19,978 bases of DNA from Octopus sinensis (Eukaryota), in NCBI RefSeq assembly GCF_006345805.1, contig NW_021824095.1, forward strand, positions 1-19,978, in the 5' to 3' direction. Both the position numbers and the translations under genes were made by a program. This document shows, piece after piece, positions 9,241 through 19,978 of the stretch (positions within the stretch are counted from its first letter, which is position 1; each line of letters opens with the position of its first letter). The notes under the pieces were generated by a model. That model did not search any database, was not told the origin of the DNA, and saw only the letters and a program-made list of their open reading frames with translations.

Positions 9241-9815
9241 GCCAACGGATATATTGTCCAGGATGAGTTTGGCAATGAAAATGGAGTGTTTGTTGTGGAG
9301 TACTCCTTTGGTGTCGCCACGGGCTGTTCCGCCATTTCTATTGTCTTTTGAGGCATCTCCTTCACTTCGCAGTGAAAAACCGCCAAGTTGAAGAAAGGCC
9401 CTAGTCGGTTGAGGTTGTCGGGCTGCAGAGAGAACAGAGACAATTAATGTGCTTACGAATAGGCCTCTAAGATTTGTATCACCTCCTCTACACATGTAAA
9501 ATGGGAGACTTTCTTGGTGGGGTCGACTATTTCCGTCTTGTAGCAGAGATGGTCGTCGACTGTCTTGTAGTATTACACCCTAGATTGATGGGGCAGTCCA
9601 ACACTTGCTCACAATACTGCAAACTTCTTCCCTCTCCTTCTCAATCATTCCATCTATCAGACATCTCGTCAATTGATTTCAGCAGTCGGTGCGACGTAGG
9701 TGGCATCCAATCAGTGTTTTGTAGGTAATTGAAACCAGGCATTTCTCCTCTTGCTCAATTCTCTACAATTCCTTTGTTAATCATCTTGACTGCTTTTGAA
9801 ACAGAAACCACTGCG
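9241..9815 (-). pseudogene. Divergent 14-3-3-like pseudogene
   Basis: Colinear minus-strand segments EEKCLVSITYKN..HRLLKSIDE, IEKEREEVC, V*YYKTVDDHLCYKTE, EAYS*AH*LSLFSLQPDNLNRLGPFFNLAVFHCEV, HSIFIAKLILDNISV correspond to 14-3-3 motifs EERNLLSVAYKN, VFYxKMKGDYYRYLAE, PTHPIRLGLALNFSVFYYE, DSTLIMQLLRDNL; several stops and frameshifts. Confidence 0.75.
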
Positions 9816-10426
9816 ACACCACCTGCCTAAAATTTTTTCTTATATGCTATCCGTGGATTAGCACTGCTTGGATGGACGTAAATAATACACAATCTCCATC
9901 TGCTTTAATAAATGTGGCATTCCAGTAAAAATATATGATTTAATCGACAATCATGAAAAAAATAGTGTTCTATCTTTTTGTGAATAGGGACGGAGTAGGT
10001 TTAAAAGTATTACAAAGTGTTCTATCTCCTATATCGAAAGATTATTTGTTCAAGGCCCGACGAGAACATACATTCTGGCACTTGTAATGAAAAAGACACT
10101 AGAAAGCATCGTGGTGGAGCATAGAAGTGCGAATTAATATGCCTAATAAAGAAGTCATTACGGCAGTTGTTTGCAATGACAAACTAATAATGCGAAAACC
10201 CCAGATGAAACAAATTGACAAATTATAAATGACTCTGAGCATGAAAGTAAATGTGGAAATAATAAGTTATGGAGACCCCTCAAGATGAGAAAAATTTCCA
10301 AAAACTAGGATCAATAATTACTTAATTTCTTATTATTTTCGGTTTTGGATTTAGTTAATAAAGTTTTTAATTTATTTGTTGTCTAACCAATGAGTTATTC
10401 GCGATAAAATATTAGCTTTGATAAGA

Positions 10427-11200
10427 ATGCTTTCACTTGTCCTACTTTTTGTTGATCTAGTGGTCCAAAGTGACTGTGACTTAACAAAACTGTTTTTGAA
10501 AAATTGCTTATTTGAATTAGAGAATTGGAAAATTGTGAATTCAATGGAGCAAATGCTGAGGGACACACAACAGCAATTCAAATTTTAAGCAACGTTACAT
10601 TTCCAAATGGAGAAATATTCGCGAACTTAACAAACTTGAAGCGATTGTAATCAACATTTTATGAATACCAGTTTCTGTAAAGGAGACTCGCTAAAGAGAA
10701 TACTAAACAACTCATTTGATGGATTGAATCACCTATGGTTTATGTACATTCAAATATTTTGAATCACTAAATCACTGTATCAGTGTGGAGGCATTCGTCA
10801 CGTAAACGTAGATGCCTTTGCACGTCTAGGCGCATTAAAACTGTACAAATCTTATTCTAACATTAAAGTATCATTTTCCAGAGGCCAAAAATCAGTCATC
10901 CCCTCAACCTTCTGTATTTTAACTTACTGACTTTGTAGTATTGCTGACGGCCAGAAAATGTGCATATTCACAAATGGGTCCCAATGTATACTTATATATT
11001 CAAATATAAGGATTACGGTAGTGAGGGTACATCTATATATCAATTTAACTGATAAAAGTGTAGAAATCTATCCATATACAACTCCAGGCGCAACAATCAT
11101 CACGGAGGAAGCCTATGGTATGTTAGTTTACTCACGATAGATTGCAACCTCTGCCGATATCCCGCATCAAGCAATCTTCTATGCAGGAAAGATTGCTTTT
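10427..11200 (+). pseudogene. Leucine-rich-repeat (extracellular type) gene or pseudogene with ~25-nt introns
   Basis: Signal-peptide-like MLSLVLLFVDLVVQSDC at 10427; LRR units IFANLTNLKRF|FCKGDSLKRILNNSFDGLNHLWFI|SLYQCGGIRHVNVDAFARLGALKL; GT..AG introns 10647-10671, 10843-10868, 10914-10938, 10986-11010, 11118-11140; one apparent intron (10744-10770) ends in AA. Confidence 0.6.
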
Positions 11201-11208
11201 GACCTACA

Positions 11209-11282
11209 TCAATTTCTCTATATTCAATTTCTCTATATTGTAACTTTAATTAGCTGGATTATAACTTCAATTTCTCTATATT
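11209..11282. repeat. Three copies of TCAATTTCTCTATATT (two adjacent, one spaced)
   Basis: Copies begin at 11209, 11224 and 11267. Confidence 0.85.
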
Positions 11283-11399
11283 CTTTCTCCATTTATTTAC
11301 ATGCATAGATAAGTTTCTTTTTTATGCAAATGTCGGTTAGATTAACTGTATTTGTTGTATTAATATTATTATTTTTGCACTAACGGAAAACGACCACAC

Positions 11400-11610
11400 T
11401 TTTCTCCAATTTTGGGTTGAATTAGACTCCAGGCCGTAGTGCCGAATAAGCGTGTAATTTATAATCTTAGAGCTTCCATGTTATGTTGTTTTTCTCTATT
11501 GCAGACAACAGATGGATATCTTGTGTTGTTCCAGATCTCTTGCGAGTTGAAGTTTTTGTAGATTGGATTGAGTCCTCTAATGTTTAGGATGAAAATTGAA
11601 AATAGATCTA
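11400..11610 (-). mobile_element. Fragment of an APE endonuclease N-terminus from another LINE (RTE-like)
   Basis: Minus strand FSIFILNIRGLN..KLQLARDLEQHKISICCLQ*RK..RHYGL, matching the NxRGL..LQExK APE start. Confidence 0.55.
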
Positions 11611-11899
11611 GCGGATAACCACCGTGAGAAAGACATTAGTGCAAAAAAAGGAGATCATCACATCAACTAAGAGTAATCTAATTAATAATATTTAATTTAT
11701 ATTCGATGAGATAACTTTTTCTCAAACCCGTTTTAAATAAATAATTAAAATAAAACTAAAATAATTTTAAAATTTATTTAACCTGGTAACTTATTTAGTT
11801 AACTAATTAACCTGGTAAAAAATTGAAATTATCAATTTGTAAAGTTATTTTATAAATTATAGAAAGCCAAAGCCTAGAAAACTAAATCAAAGTGAAAAG

Positions 11900-13094
11900 A
11901 TATACAGTGGTCATAAGGATAAAATGATTTATGAAGGATTTAACATCTCTAAAGAAATGCTATACCGACTAAAAAAGAAAAGGGAAGGAATTTTAACTCA
12001 AGGTTTCTCATCATCCGAAGGGAAAATTGGATACGAATTGAATGCCCAATTTTACGAAATGGGAGAGAAAACATTATCAACTGTGATGAAACTGCATTAT
12101 TTTATAAAGTTGTTTCCAAAAAGAGTTTTGTTGAAAGAAATGAGTCACACAGCGGACATAAAATAAGAAAAGAACGTATGACACTTCTTTTGTGTTGCAG
12201 TTACACAGGAGAAAAATATAAACCGCTTATAATTTGGCGTACAAGGTTACCAAGAGTATTAAAAGGTGGATCTGAAAGAAATTGGCATTGAATATGATTC
12301 TTCGTCTGGATGACTGGATGACAAAAAATATTTTTGAAAATTGGTTATCTTGATTTATCGAGGAAATGAGGGAGAAAAGAAGGAAAATAGCATTTTTTAT
12401 TGACAATACAACTTGTCATGCTGTTTCTCTCAAACTTTCAAACGTCGGCCTAATATCTTTTCCAAAAAATACAAGTTCCTTAATTCAGCCATGTGACCAA
12501 AGGATGATAAAGACATTTAAGAATCATTTCAATAACTGGATTATGAAAACGATTATTTATGATAAAAATCCTGCAGCACAAATAGATGAAGCAATAAGAG
12601 AATCACAATACTGGATGCTATTTCATGTTCGAAATTGGCATGGGCCGAGATTACAGACACTTCAATACAACATTACTTTGGAAAAGCTTTGGAATATGAC
12701 TGTCAGGAAAAAGAGGACATCGGAGAAAGTCTGATAGATTCTGATATTGTGGAAAATGCGATTTTTGATAACAGTATGATGAAGTGGACTGAAACGAACA
12801 ATTTCTGGAACATTTGGATGATCAACAAGTTACAAACAATGCGGAATGCGCATTCACCATGCTGCTAAATGTTATTAAGCAAGAGACTCCGGAAAATGTA
12901 CTTGATCTATTCAGATTCAAAGCCCTCAATTAAAATTAACTGATTTTTGTATTAAAAAATAAAAATTTTAGTTATCCGTCTCGGTTATATTATTAAGTAG
13001 GATGCCGAACAGGAGAGACCTAAATTTAATGAAAAACCTTTTTTGGGAAAACATCAAAATTAGGGAAAAATTTTCCCATTTCGAGGTCGTACTG
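11900..13094 (+). mobile_element. Tigger/pogo (DDE_1) DNA transposon relic
   Basis: KERMTLLLCCSYTGEKYKPLII, WMTKNIFENWL, IDNTTCH, FPKNTSSLIQPCDQ; right terminus CGAGGTCGTACTG|TA at 13082-13096. Left TIR not found, so the left boundary is approximate. Confidence 0.88.
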
Positions 13095-14439
13095 TATTTT
13101 ATTTCTAAATACTTGGAAGATATAATACCTATTTCAACAAAATTAAACCTAACAAATTGTCGAAATCGGATTTTTAATTATTGGATTATAAATATTTTTT
13201 TTCCTGCTTATAAGCTCTTGATTTTCAAAATTAAATGACATATTTTTTAATTGTCTGGAAATGACACATTTTGTTCAAAATAAAGTCATAGTCTGACTAC
13301 AACAATGGCTTACTACCACGCCAAGATCTGACTAAAAGCTTTTAGCTGCCGCAATTTCAGTATATACTAAAATAACTGAAATTTCCGTGGCCGTTGGAAC
13401 TAGAGTTACTCTCAAATAAGATTCATTTTGTCAGAAACTAGGTTTGATACATTTTGAAACGTGTAGAGTAAAAAATTATTTTTAGAAAAATATTTCAGAG
13501 AGGAAAAATAAGTTTTTTTAAGTATCAAATACATGTTTTGGCTCAAAATAATTATATTATTAACCATCATTCTCTGATAATTTGTATTTTAAAGTTTAAC
13601 AACATTTTCTATAAATAAAAAATGAGTAAATGATGAATTTCCTTGTTGTTTAATAAAAACTATTAAATCAGACGAGTGAAAGATTTCGTAAGCTCTCTAT
13701 GCTATAGATAAAAAATTCATTTTTGATAAATCAGTCAAACAGTATTGTAGGATAAATCTAAACATGTCTTGACTCAATAAATGTAGATTTGTTGGTTAAA
13801 GCCAGTGAAGTTGTCCCCTTACTTTCCAAAAAATTTTTCAAAGTGTTTTTAATTTATTATTTTTTTAATTAATTTTATTTTGATATTCTCAACCTAGTGA
13901 GAAATTTTCAAGTCTCGACATCATTCTTATTATGTTCATTGATAAAAATTAACTGCTCAACTTACTTTAAAAATATAAAATAGAATTAAAATAAAATCAA
14001 GAAGTTATGATCATTAGCTAATATAAATAAATACGAAATTTGATCCTTCATTGTAGAAAAAGTTGTGTAAAGACAAAGAACATCATAAAGAAATGTTTAA
14101 AGATAATTATTATGCTTAAAAATTACTACCAGTTCGGATAAAAATTTCAAATTAATTATATTGATTAACTTATAAACTAAGTAGTGAAGATGTTTTCTGA
14201 CAAAACAATAGCAATGTCATAAATGAAACAACGTCAACCCAAACAAGGTCAACCCATTTGAATATCTTCCAAATCATTTAATTTAACCCGATTGAAAACG
14301 TTTTGGGACAGATGAACGTGTTAAGTTTAAACTCCTATAAATGAATTAAACTTGGAAAAAATTATTAAAAAATAGTTTTGACATATTTAATTAGCCAACA
14401 AAATGATTATAAGATCATTTTCAGTACATAAAAATGAGA

Positions 14440-16367
14440 AGAATTAAATCAAACTTTCTCCCGTTAAAAAGCGCCAAGATCAATTGCAAAAGTAACTAAA
14501 CGACATTCAAAGAAAGAAAAAAATTTCTTAATCAACATAAAAATTATTGTGTCGAACAGATCGTACTTAACCCGAGGATTACTTTTGAGACTTTGAGAAT
14601 TCTTTTAAATTTGAATTTTAGCTTAAATGTGTCAAAAGAAACCATTCGATTCCACTTAAACGTTTCCTGTTATTCTTTGAAAGATATCAGGTATGAACCA
14701 GAAAAAGGCAATAGTCAATTAAATAAAGAAAAAAAAAAATATTATTATTTCATTATTGGAATATCAATCAAAGGAAATTTCGATATTATTTATTGATGAA
14801 ACAAATCTCAACATGCACATATCCCGTAAAAAAGTCGTTCAAAAAGGGAACAAGGGCTAATGTCGTTGCAACAGGTTCACGAGGTGACAATGTACATTTC
14901 ATTGGTTGCATCGGGTCTCTTGGATTATTACATTATGAATTGAAACGTGGATTCTTTAATAAAGAATCTGCCCATGAATGGTTGAGAATTTGTCCAAAAA
15001 AGCCAGGAAAGCTTACAATTTCCCAGTAGTGCTAGTAGTAGACCAGGCATTCTCAACCTTTTTTTGTTCATCGCCCCCTTAGATATTTTATCGCCCCCCT
15101 GTCCACACACAATTTAAAAATTTTTGGGCATTGTCCCTTAATTGGTTGTTTTTTGTATATATCATTTTTTCGTGAAATTATCTCTTCTGTCAAAACCAAG
15201 TCTTCTTCTGTCTGCAAAAATGCGACTATTGCATCGTAAAAATTAACAAATCTTTCTAGAGCATTTCCTTTTGAAAGCCATCTTACTTCCGTGTGTAATA
15301 AAAGTCGAATAAAATCTTCACCAGCATCCTTACAAAACTTTCTAAAAAGACGATCACATTTGCTTCGTGTTTTTATTCTGTTAATTGTTTTAATTACAAT
15401 ATTTAAAGATTGATGTAAATCAGGACATATAATTATCGATGCCAGTTGATGGCGACGTAAAATACAATGAACCGTAATGACCCATGGATAATCTTTTTTA
15501 ATAAGAGAAACAAATCCCTTATGTCTTCCAACCATTGACATAGCACCATCAGTCGCACAGGAAACCAAATTTTCAAATAATATTCCATTTGTTTCAAAGA
15601 ACCCTTTTACTACGGAATATATTGACATTCCAGTTGTACAGGTTTCCAATAATTCGACAAACAATAAATCCTCATTTAATACACATTCATTATCGAAATA
15701 CCTAAATTTTATTAAAACTTCGAAAATAACCTCACAAATCCCATTAAAACAGCTTTACTATCTACAATGACGCTTTCATCAATTTGTAATGAAAACTTAC
15801 TTCGCTTCAGTCTTTCAATAAGGATTTCCTTTACATTGTCACCCATTTCATCAATTCTTCGACGAATCGAATCATTGCTAAGAGGTAGACTTTTAATAAG
15901 TTTAGAAGCATCTTGATGCATTACATCCGATATTATTACTTCCAGTGATGGAATTATTACATTTCTGCGATAGTATGAGAACTGGAAGTTTTCGCAATAA
16001 TTTCAGCAATTTTATAAGAAGCGATGTGCGCACCCACAACTACATATAAATAAATGTTAAATAACCATCATGTACTAGCGAGAAGACATCTTGAATACCA
16101 AACAAGTTCGAATATTTTATTAAATATATTATCGCCCCCCTGTACAAAATTATCGCCCCCTTGTACAAAATTTTCGCCCCTAGGGGGGCGATTCGCCTCC
16201 GGTTGAGAACACCTGTAGTAGACAATGGTCCTTGTCATTCAGGAATTGAAGAAATTGTCAAAAAAAAGGAATTCATCGGAAATAAAATTTCAAGATTGGG
16301 TCCATATAGCCCTATGCTCAACCAAAATGAAAATATTTGGTCAGTATTCAAAGCTGACATTTGGTAA
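14440..16367 (+). mobile_element. IS630/Tc1-like DD35E transposase relic, interrupted by a hAT insertion
   Basis: ILFIDETN (~14783-14806); VHFIGCIGSLGLLHYELKRG; removing the hAT restores PVVLVVDNGPCH..LGPYSPMLNQNENIWSVFK with 35 residues between D and E. Confidence 0.85.
15044..16215 (-). mobile_element. Non-autonomous hAT (Buster/ZBED5-SCAND3-like) transposon, 1172 bp
   Basis: TIRs CAGGCATTCTCAACC / GGTTGAGAACACCTG (13/15); TSD TAGTAGAC at 15036-15043 and 16216-16223; transposase motifs PLSNDSIRRRI, SLQIDES, TDGAMSMVG, HCILRRHQLA, LLLHTEVRWLSKG; subterminal ATCGCCCCC repeats. Confidence 0.96.
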
Positions 16368-16639
16368 GTTTCACTTCAAACCTGAAATAGTATAGTATGT
16401 ATTAGATAGCTTAAAAACATGGCTAAATGTTATAGTCAAGATATCTTAATAATAAAATTGTATGGTGTGTTTCTGTGTATCTGTCAGTGCGGCACCAATT
16501 TCAAATTTACAAAGTACAGATAAATTATCAAATCCTTGTCTCTAATAACTGTCAAAATTCTTTTTCCCCAATGACGAGCTTTCCCAAAAATCTTTCACCA
16601 AAAAAACTACATATCAAGAATAACCTCAATAATGAAGTC

Positions 16640-16832
16640 CTTAAATCATTCCCACCAAAAAATTTAAGAAAATATTTTCTTAATTTTGGTTAAAATGAAC
16701 AACAAGAATGTCCTCAACACACATGACGCGGTCATTTAAACCTTCCCGCCAAAAAATACTTTACGGATTTTGGTTAAAATGAACGACAAGCATGTCGTTA
16801 ACTCACATGATGAGATCCATTAAAACCTTCCA
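16640..16832. repeat. Degenerate ~84-bp tandem repeat (about 2.3 copies)
   Basis: ATTTTGGTTAAAATGAAC at 16683 and 16767 with similar downstream sequence; TTCCC(A/G)CCAAAAAAT at ~16649 and 16743. Confidence 0.75.
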
Positions 16833-17256
16833 GATTTCCTCTTTAAAATTAAATTCCAATATATCATTATCGACTATGAATCAAATTAAAGCTGTTATCA
16901 AATTTGATCTTGAAAAAGTGTGGAGATTTCCGACTTTGAATAGAGGGTGCAATTAACAGATTTTTACAAAAAAACCTTGACAGTTATAACAACATTAGCA
17001 CAATCATTTACACAAGTGACCACTAATTGACAGCGCAACTAGAAGAATTTTCGTAAAATTATTAACTATTTATTTAAGTTTTTAGTTTTTATGCTGTTAC
17101 ATAAAAATATTAGCGTAGATCATTTGTCGCCATCGCCATTCTAATTACAAATAATTTTTAAGGAACATGTTATATTAAATTATTTTTATTGTTGTTTAAT
17201 TTTTATAATTGTATAGTTGATCACAATCCCACATACTAAATAATAATAAATATGAT

Positions 17257-17325
17257 CATCCGGGACATTCCGGGACACATAAATCCGGGACAAGGCACCA
17301 TTATCCGGGACGGATGATAAGCCTA
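17257..17325. mobile_element. Solo DNA-transposon terminus, hAT Blackjack-like
   Basis: Four TCCGGGAC motifs ending in ..CGGGACGGATGATAAGCCTA; the reverse complement TAGGCTTATCATCCGTCCCG resembles TAGG..CGTCCCG hAT ends. Partner end not seen. Confidence 0.5.
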
Positions 17326-17679
17326 TTTTAACTGTGAAATTGAGAGGCAGATCAACGTTAATGACAAGAAACGATGGACATATTTAGAATGTATCGTTTC
17401 AAACTTTCTTCTTAATTTTTATAGTCTCGTAGTATCTTCTGCAAGTGAAAATTAATTCAAAATTGATTGAATATTATCTGACCTAAATATTACCTTTTTT
17501 CTTAAAACATCATTTTGTTTTCCGACACTTGCGTGATGATTAAAAATTATAGACTGAACTTAGTGAGCCTTTATCATTCTTCCACTCTTAATATCATAGG
17601 CTCGGTACAAATGTAGATGGATGCACTTTACAATTTCATTGTGTCTTCGGAAGTACTTACTATTTAACATTTTAGTATA

Positions 17680-18705
17680 CTAGGTGGCCAAATGGTTGAC
17701 AGTTTTCCTGTTTTTTTTGCAGTGATTGCACATGAACCTTTTGAATGCAAAGAATAACTTTCTGTCCTACAAGAGACAGTACAACTCTGCTGACAGTTGC
17801 TTCCCTTAGATCAGTGGTTCCCAACCTGGGGTCCGCGGTTTGGGGTTCCGCGAAATTTATTATATTTATTTAATAATAGTTTTTAATTATTAAAATATAA
17901 AAACATCCACGCTTATATCTTGTTTCTCTTTTGAGTTAGTTGGTCAATTTTATAAGATTTTTAATGAGAAACAATAATTGCATAGGAGATTCCAAAAAAT
18001 ATTCAAAAAAGGTTTTTCTTATAATTATAATTAGAAAAGAAAATATGATGAAATACAGTTCTTCAGGACATCAAAGATCATTTGATGATTTTGGACGATA
18101 ACATTGCGAAATATTTTCCGGGTAAATTTGATGACGATTGGGTTCAAAACCCATTCAAAGTTAAAGTAATACCAGCAAATCTAACATCAATTGAATATGA
18201 ACATCTTATTGATTTGACATCAGAATCAGCGTCATATCAGTTATATAAAAATGAATCCCTTTTTAATTTTTGGAGGGGATACATTTCAAAATATCCAGAT
18301 ATCTCAGAAAAGGCTATACGTAAACTATTACCTTTTCCAACGACTTACTTATGCGAGTCTGGGTTTTCAATATATACTTCCACCAAAACAAAAATATAGA
18401 ATAACTTAATGCTTCCGCTGATATGAGGATACAGTTGTCAACAATAACTCCTAACGTTACACAACTATGCTATGATAAAAAATTACCTCGATGTTCACAT
18501 TAAAATTGTTTTTGGTTATTACTATTATGTTTTAAGTGAAATTATAATAATTGAATTGGAGGGGTTCCGCAAAAAATTAATTAGCCCAAAAGGGTTCCGC
18601 GAGCACCTTAAGGTTGGGAACCACTGCCTTAGATAACCATTTTGAGGACGTGGCTAGATGACCATTGCGTTTTTTCATACATTTAAAAAACATCGAGTAT
18701 AGCAC
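17680..18705 (-). mobile_element. R4/Dong-like non-LTR retrotransposon fragment (zinc-knuckle region), split by a hAT
   Basis: After removing the hAT and one TSD: VLYSMFFKCMKKRNGHLATSSKWLSKG, then (frameshift) AELYCLL*DRKLFF..MCNHCKKNRKTVNHLAT. Confidence 0.65.
17812..18626 (+). mobile_element. Non-autonomous hAT (Buster-type) transposon, 815 bp, retaining the C-terminal dimerisation region
   Basis: Perfect 16-bp TIRs CAGTGGTTCCCAACCT / AGGTTGGGAACCACTG; TSD CCTTAGAT at 17804-17811 and 18627-18634; WVQNPF..YPDISEKAIRKLLPFPTTYLCESGFS; subterminal GG(T)TCCGC repeats. Confidence 0.96.
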
Positions 18706-18732
18706 TTAACAATTAATGTTAATAAGCCAATA

Positions 18733-19226
18733 CCGTATTTATCAATTTTAACACGCGCAAAAAATAACACGAAAATAATTAAAACGCGCAGTAGTCGAAT
18801 ATAGTGTTCACCTAAAATTTCCTTTTTTTCCAAGTCCTGATGCTTTTACTGTTGCTTTTCCTTTCAATAATCAGTCTTTCTTCTTCCTCCAACCACTGAT
18901 GTTAGCTTCAATAATATCGATTTTAAGATTTCTCTGTTGCCCAATTCCTCTGTCACTTTGATGACTTTTCTTTTGAACGCATCGGTATAACTTTTCCGTT
19001 TTAATGCCATGTTGCTTGTGGATGTCCATACTGAACTGAGAGAGGTTGAGCTGAGGCGAGTACGAGGCTAGAGGTGGCCAGTTGTAGTCTCGGTTTTTGA
19101 TGTTCAATCTGCTTTATGAAATGATGTAAAGACCCGGAAAATCAGCTTATCAGCGAGCTAAAAGGAAATACAAAATAGTCGTTTTCATTTTGCACTACTG
19201 ACGTAAGTTCATAGTGTTTTTATGCT
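18733..19226 (-). mobile_element. Deleted pogo/Tc2-like element with Brinker-type HTH N-terminus
   Basis: Minus strand from ATG at 19010: MALKRKSYTDAFKRKVIKVTEELGNRE..ANISGWRKKK; TA|CCGTATTT terminus at 18731-18740. Confidence 0.65.
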
Positions 19227-19725
19227 ATTACAGGAAAAATATTGCTCGATCTGAGAGCACGGGGGCAGGAGTTAGAGCAATAAGGATACCCAGGTCTTTC
19301 ATGAAGCATGAGGTGAGCGGACCGGAAGCGCCTGATGTCTCAAAAGCCACAGGCACGAAGGAATGCCGAGTGGCAAGATTCTTGTACTTTTCAACTTTGC
19401 TGGCTTCCGCGGAGGCAGTGGTCGAACCGGGAGAAGATGCAGATGATAATAAAGCAGATGGGGACCACGTATCTGCAAACGTGGAATCCCAGATGAGGCA
19501 ATTGCCATTCCGGAATGGGAAGGTAGTCATCCCATCCTGGCGTTTTCCGTCCCCTCTGTCCAGTCCGGAGGGTTCTAGTACACTGGGAAAGTCAGCAGCA
19601 TTGAGTGCTCTTGAGATTACGTCGTTGATTGCTCAATGGCGAGGCAAGCGGCCTGCGGTCGGCGGCAGGAGAGGGGGTGAAGGCCTTTCACGTCCACCGT
19701 ACCACCGCATCGACAGGGCTGAGGG
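19227..19725 (-). mobile_element. CRE-clade-like non-LTR retrotransposon fragment: zinc knuckle + restriction-like endonuclease
   Basis: CRCGGTVDVKGLHPLSC; GRLPRH*AINDVISRAL..LEPSGLDRGDGKRQDGMTTFPF..LIWDSTFADT..AEASKVEKY..FVPVAFETSG. Confidence 0.85.
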
Positions 19726-19756
19726 TGAATCAAAATTAAAGCTGTTATCAAATTTG

Positions 19757-19962
19757 ATGCTATGTTGCTTGTAAAATGTCCATACCGAACTGATAGAGTG
19801 TGAGCTGAGACGAGTACTAGGCTAAAAATTGCCAATTTTCGATCTGCTTTATGAGATAATGTAAAGGCCCTAAAAATCAGCTAATCAACGAGTTGGAAGG
19901 CAATACAATATAGCCGCTTTTATTTTTCACTACTGATGGTAAGTTCATGGTGTTTTTATGCT
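19757..19962. repeat. Diverged direct copy of 19004-19226 (5' region of the pogo-like element)
   Basis: Shared blocks ATGTTGCTTGT, ATGTCCATAC, GAGCTGAG, ATCTGCTTTATGA, AAAATCAGCT, CACTACTGA, GTAAGTTCAT, GTGTTTTTATGCT. Confidence 0.85.
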
Positions 19963-19978
19963 GGTCAGCTAATCAGCG

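Noticed and set aside
9444-9455. TAA codons at conserved Glu positions of the 14-3-3 relic suggesting stop-codon reassignment
   Set aside because: CFAP20 terminates at TAA at its expected end and has no internal TAA/TAG; another TAA in the relic sits at a Phe position; frameshifts show general decay.
9423-9456. Minus-strand GTAAGC..CTGCAG 34-nt intron candidate covering those stops
   Set aside because: Removal shifts the frame and deletes a segment that aligns colinearly with 14-3-3.
13100-14400. Long AT-rich stretch
   Set aside because: No convincing ORF, TIR pair or repeat recognised by eye; probably decayed TE or intergenic DNA.
19214-19774. 186-aa plus-strand ORF
   Set aside because: Antisense to the CRE-like endonuclease fragment and crosses unrelated junctions.

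Overview
Eukaryotic, AT-rich, transposon-dense DNA from an organism with extremely short (23-27 nt) spliceosomal introns. A reduced animal parasite such as a myxozoan or dicyemid is plausible, but this is inference only. One clearly intact host gene is present: CFAP20/BUG22 (6428-7081, +, four exons, introns of 26, 26 and 23 nt, the first GC-AG). Degraded host-like sequences are a 14-3-3 pseudogene, an LRR gene or pseudogene with ~25-nt introns, and a possible SnoaL/NTF2-fold relic. Positions ~160-5624 are a stack of three APE-type LINE segments: a nearly full element A, a duplicated internal piece of A, and a 5'-truncated sister family B. The stack sits between the halves of a 12-bp inverted repeat, and A and B share a covarying three-stem 3' UTR followed by AATAAA and a TTCC-type microsatellite tail. 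The rest is nested DNA transposons (two Buster-type hATs with TIRs and 8-bp TSDs, Tc1, IS630-like DD35E, rosa/maT-like, Tigger and pogo/Tc2 relics) plus fragments of RTE-like, R4/Dong-like and CRE-like non-LTR elements. No rRNA, tRNA or CRISPR array is supported.
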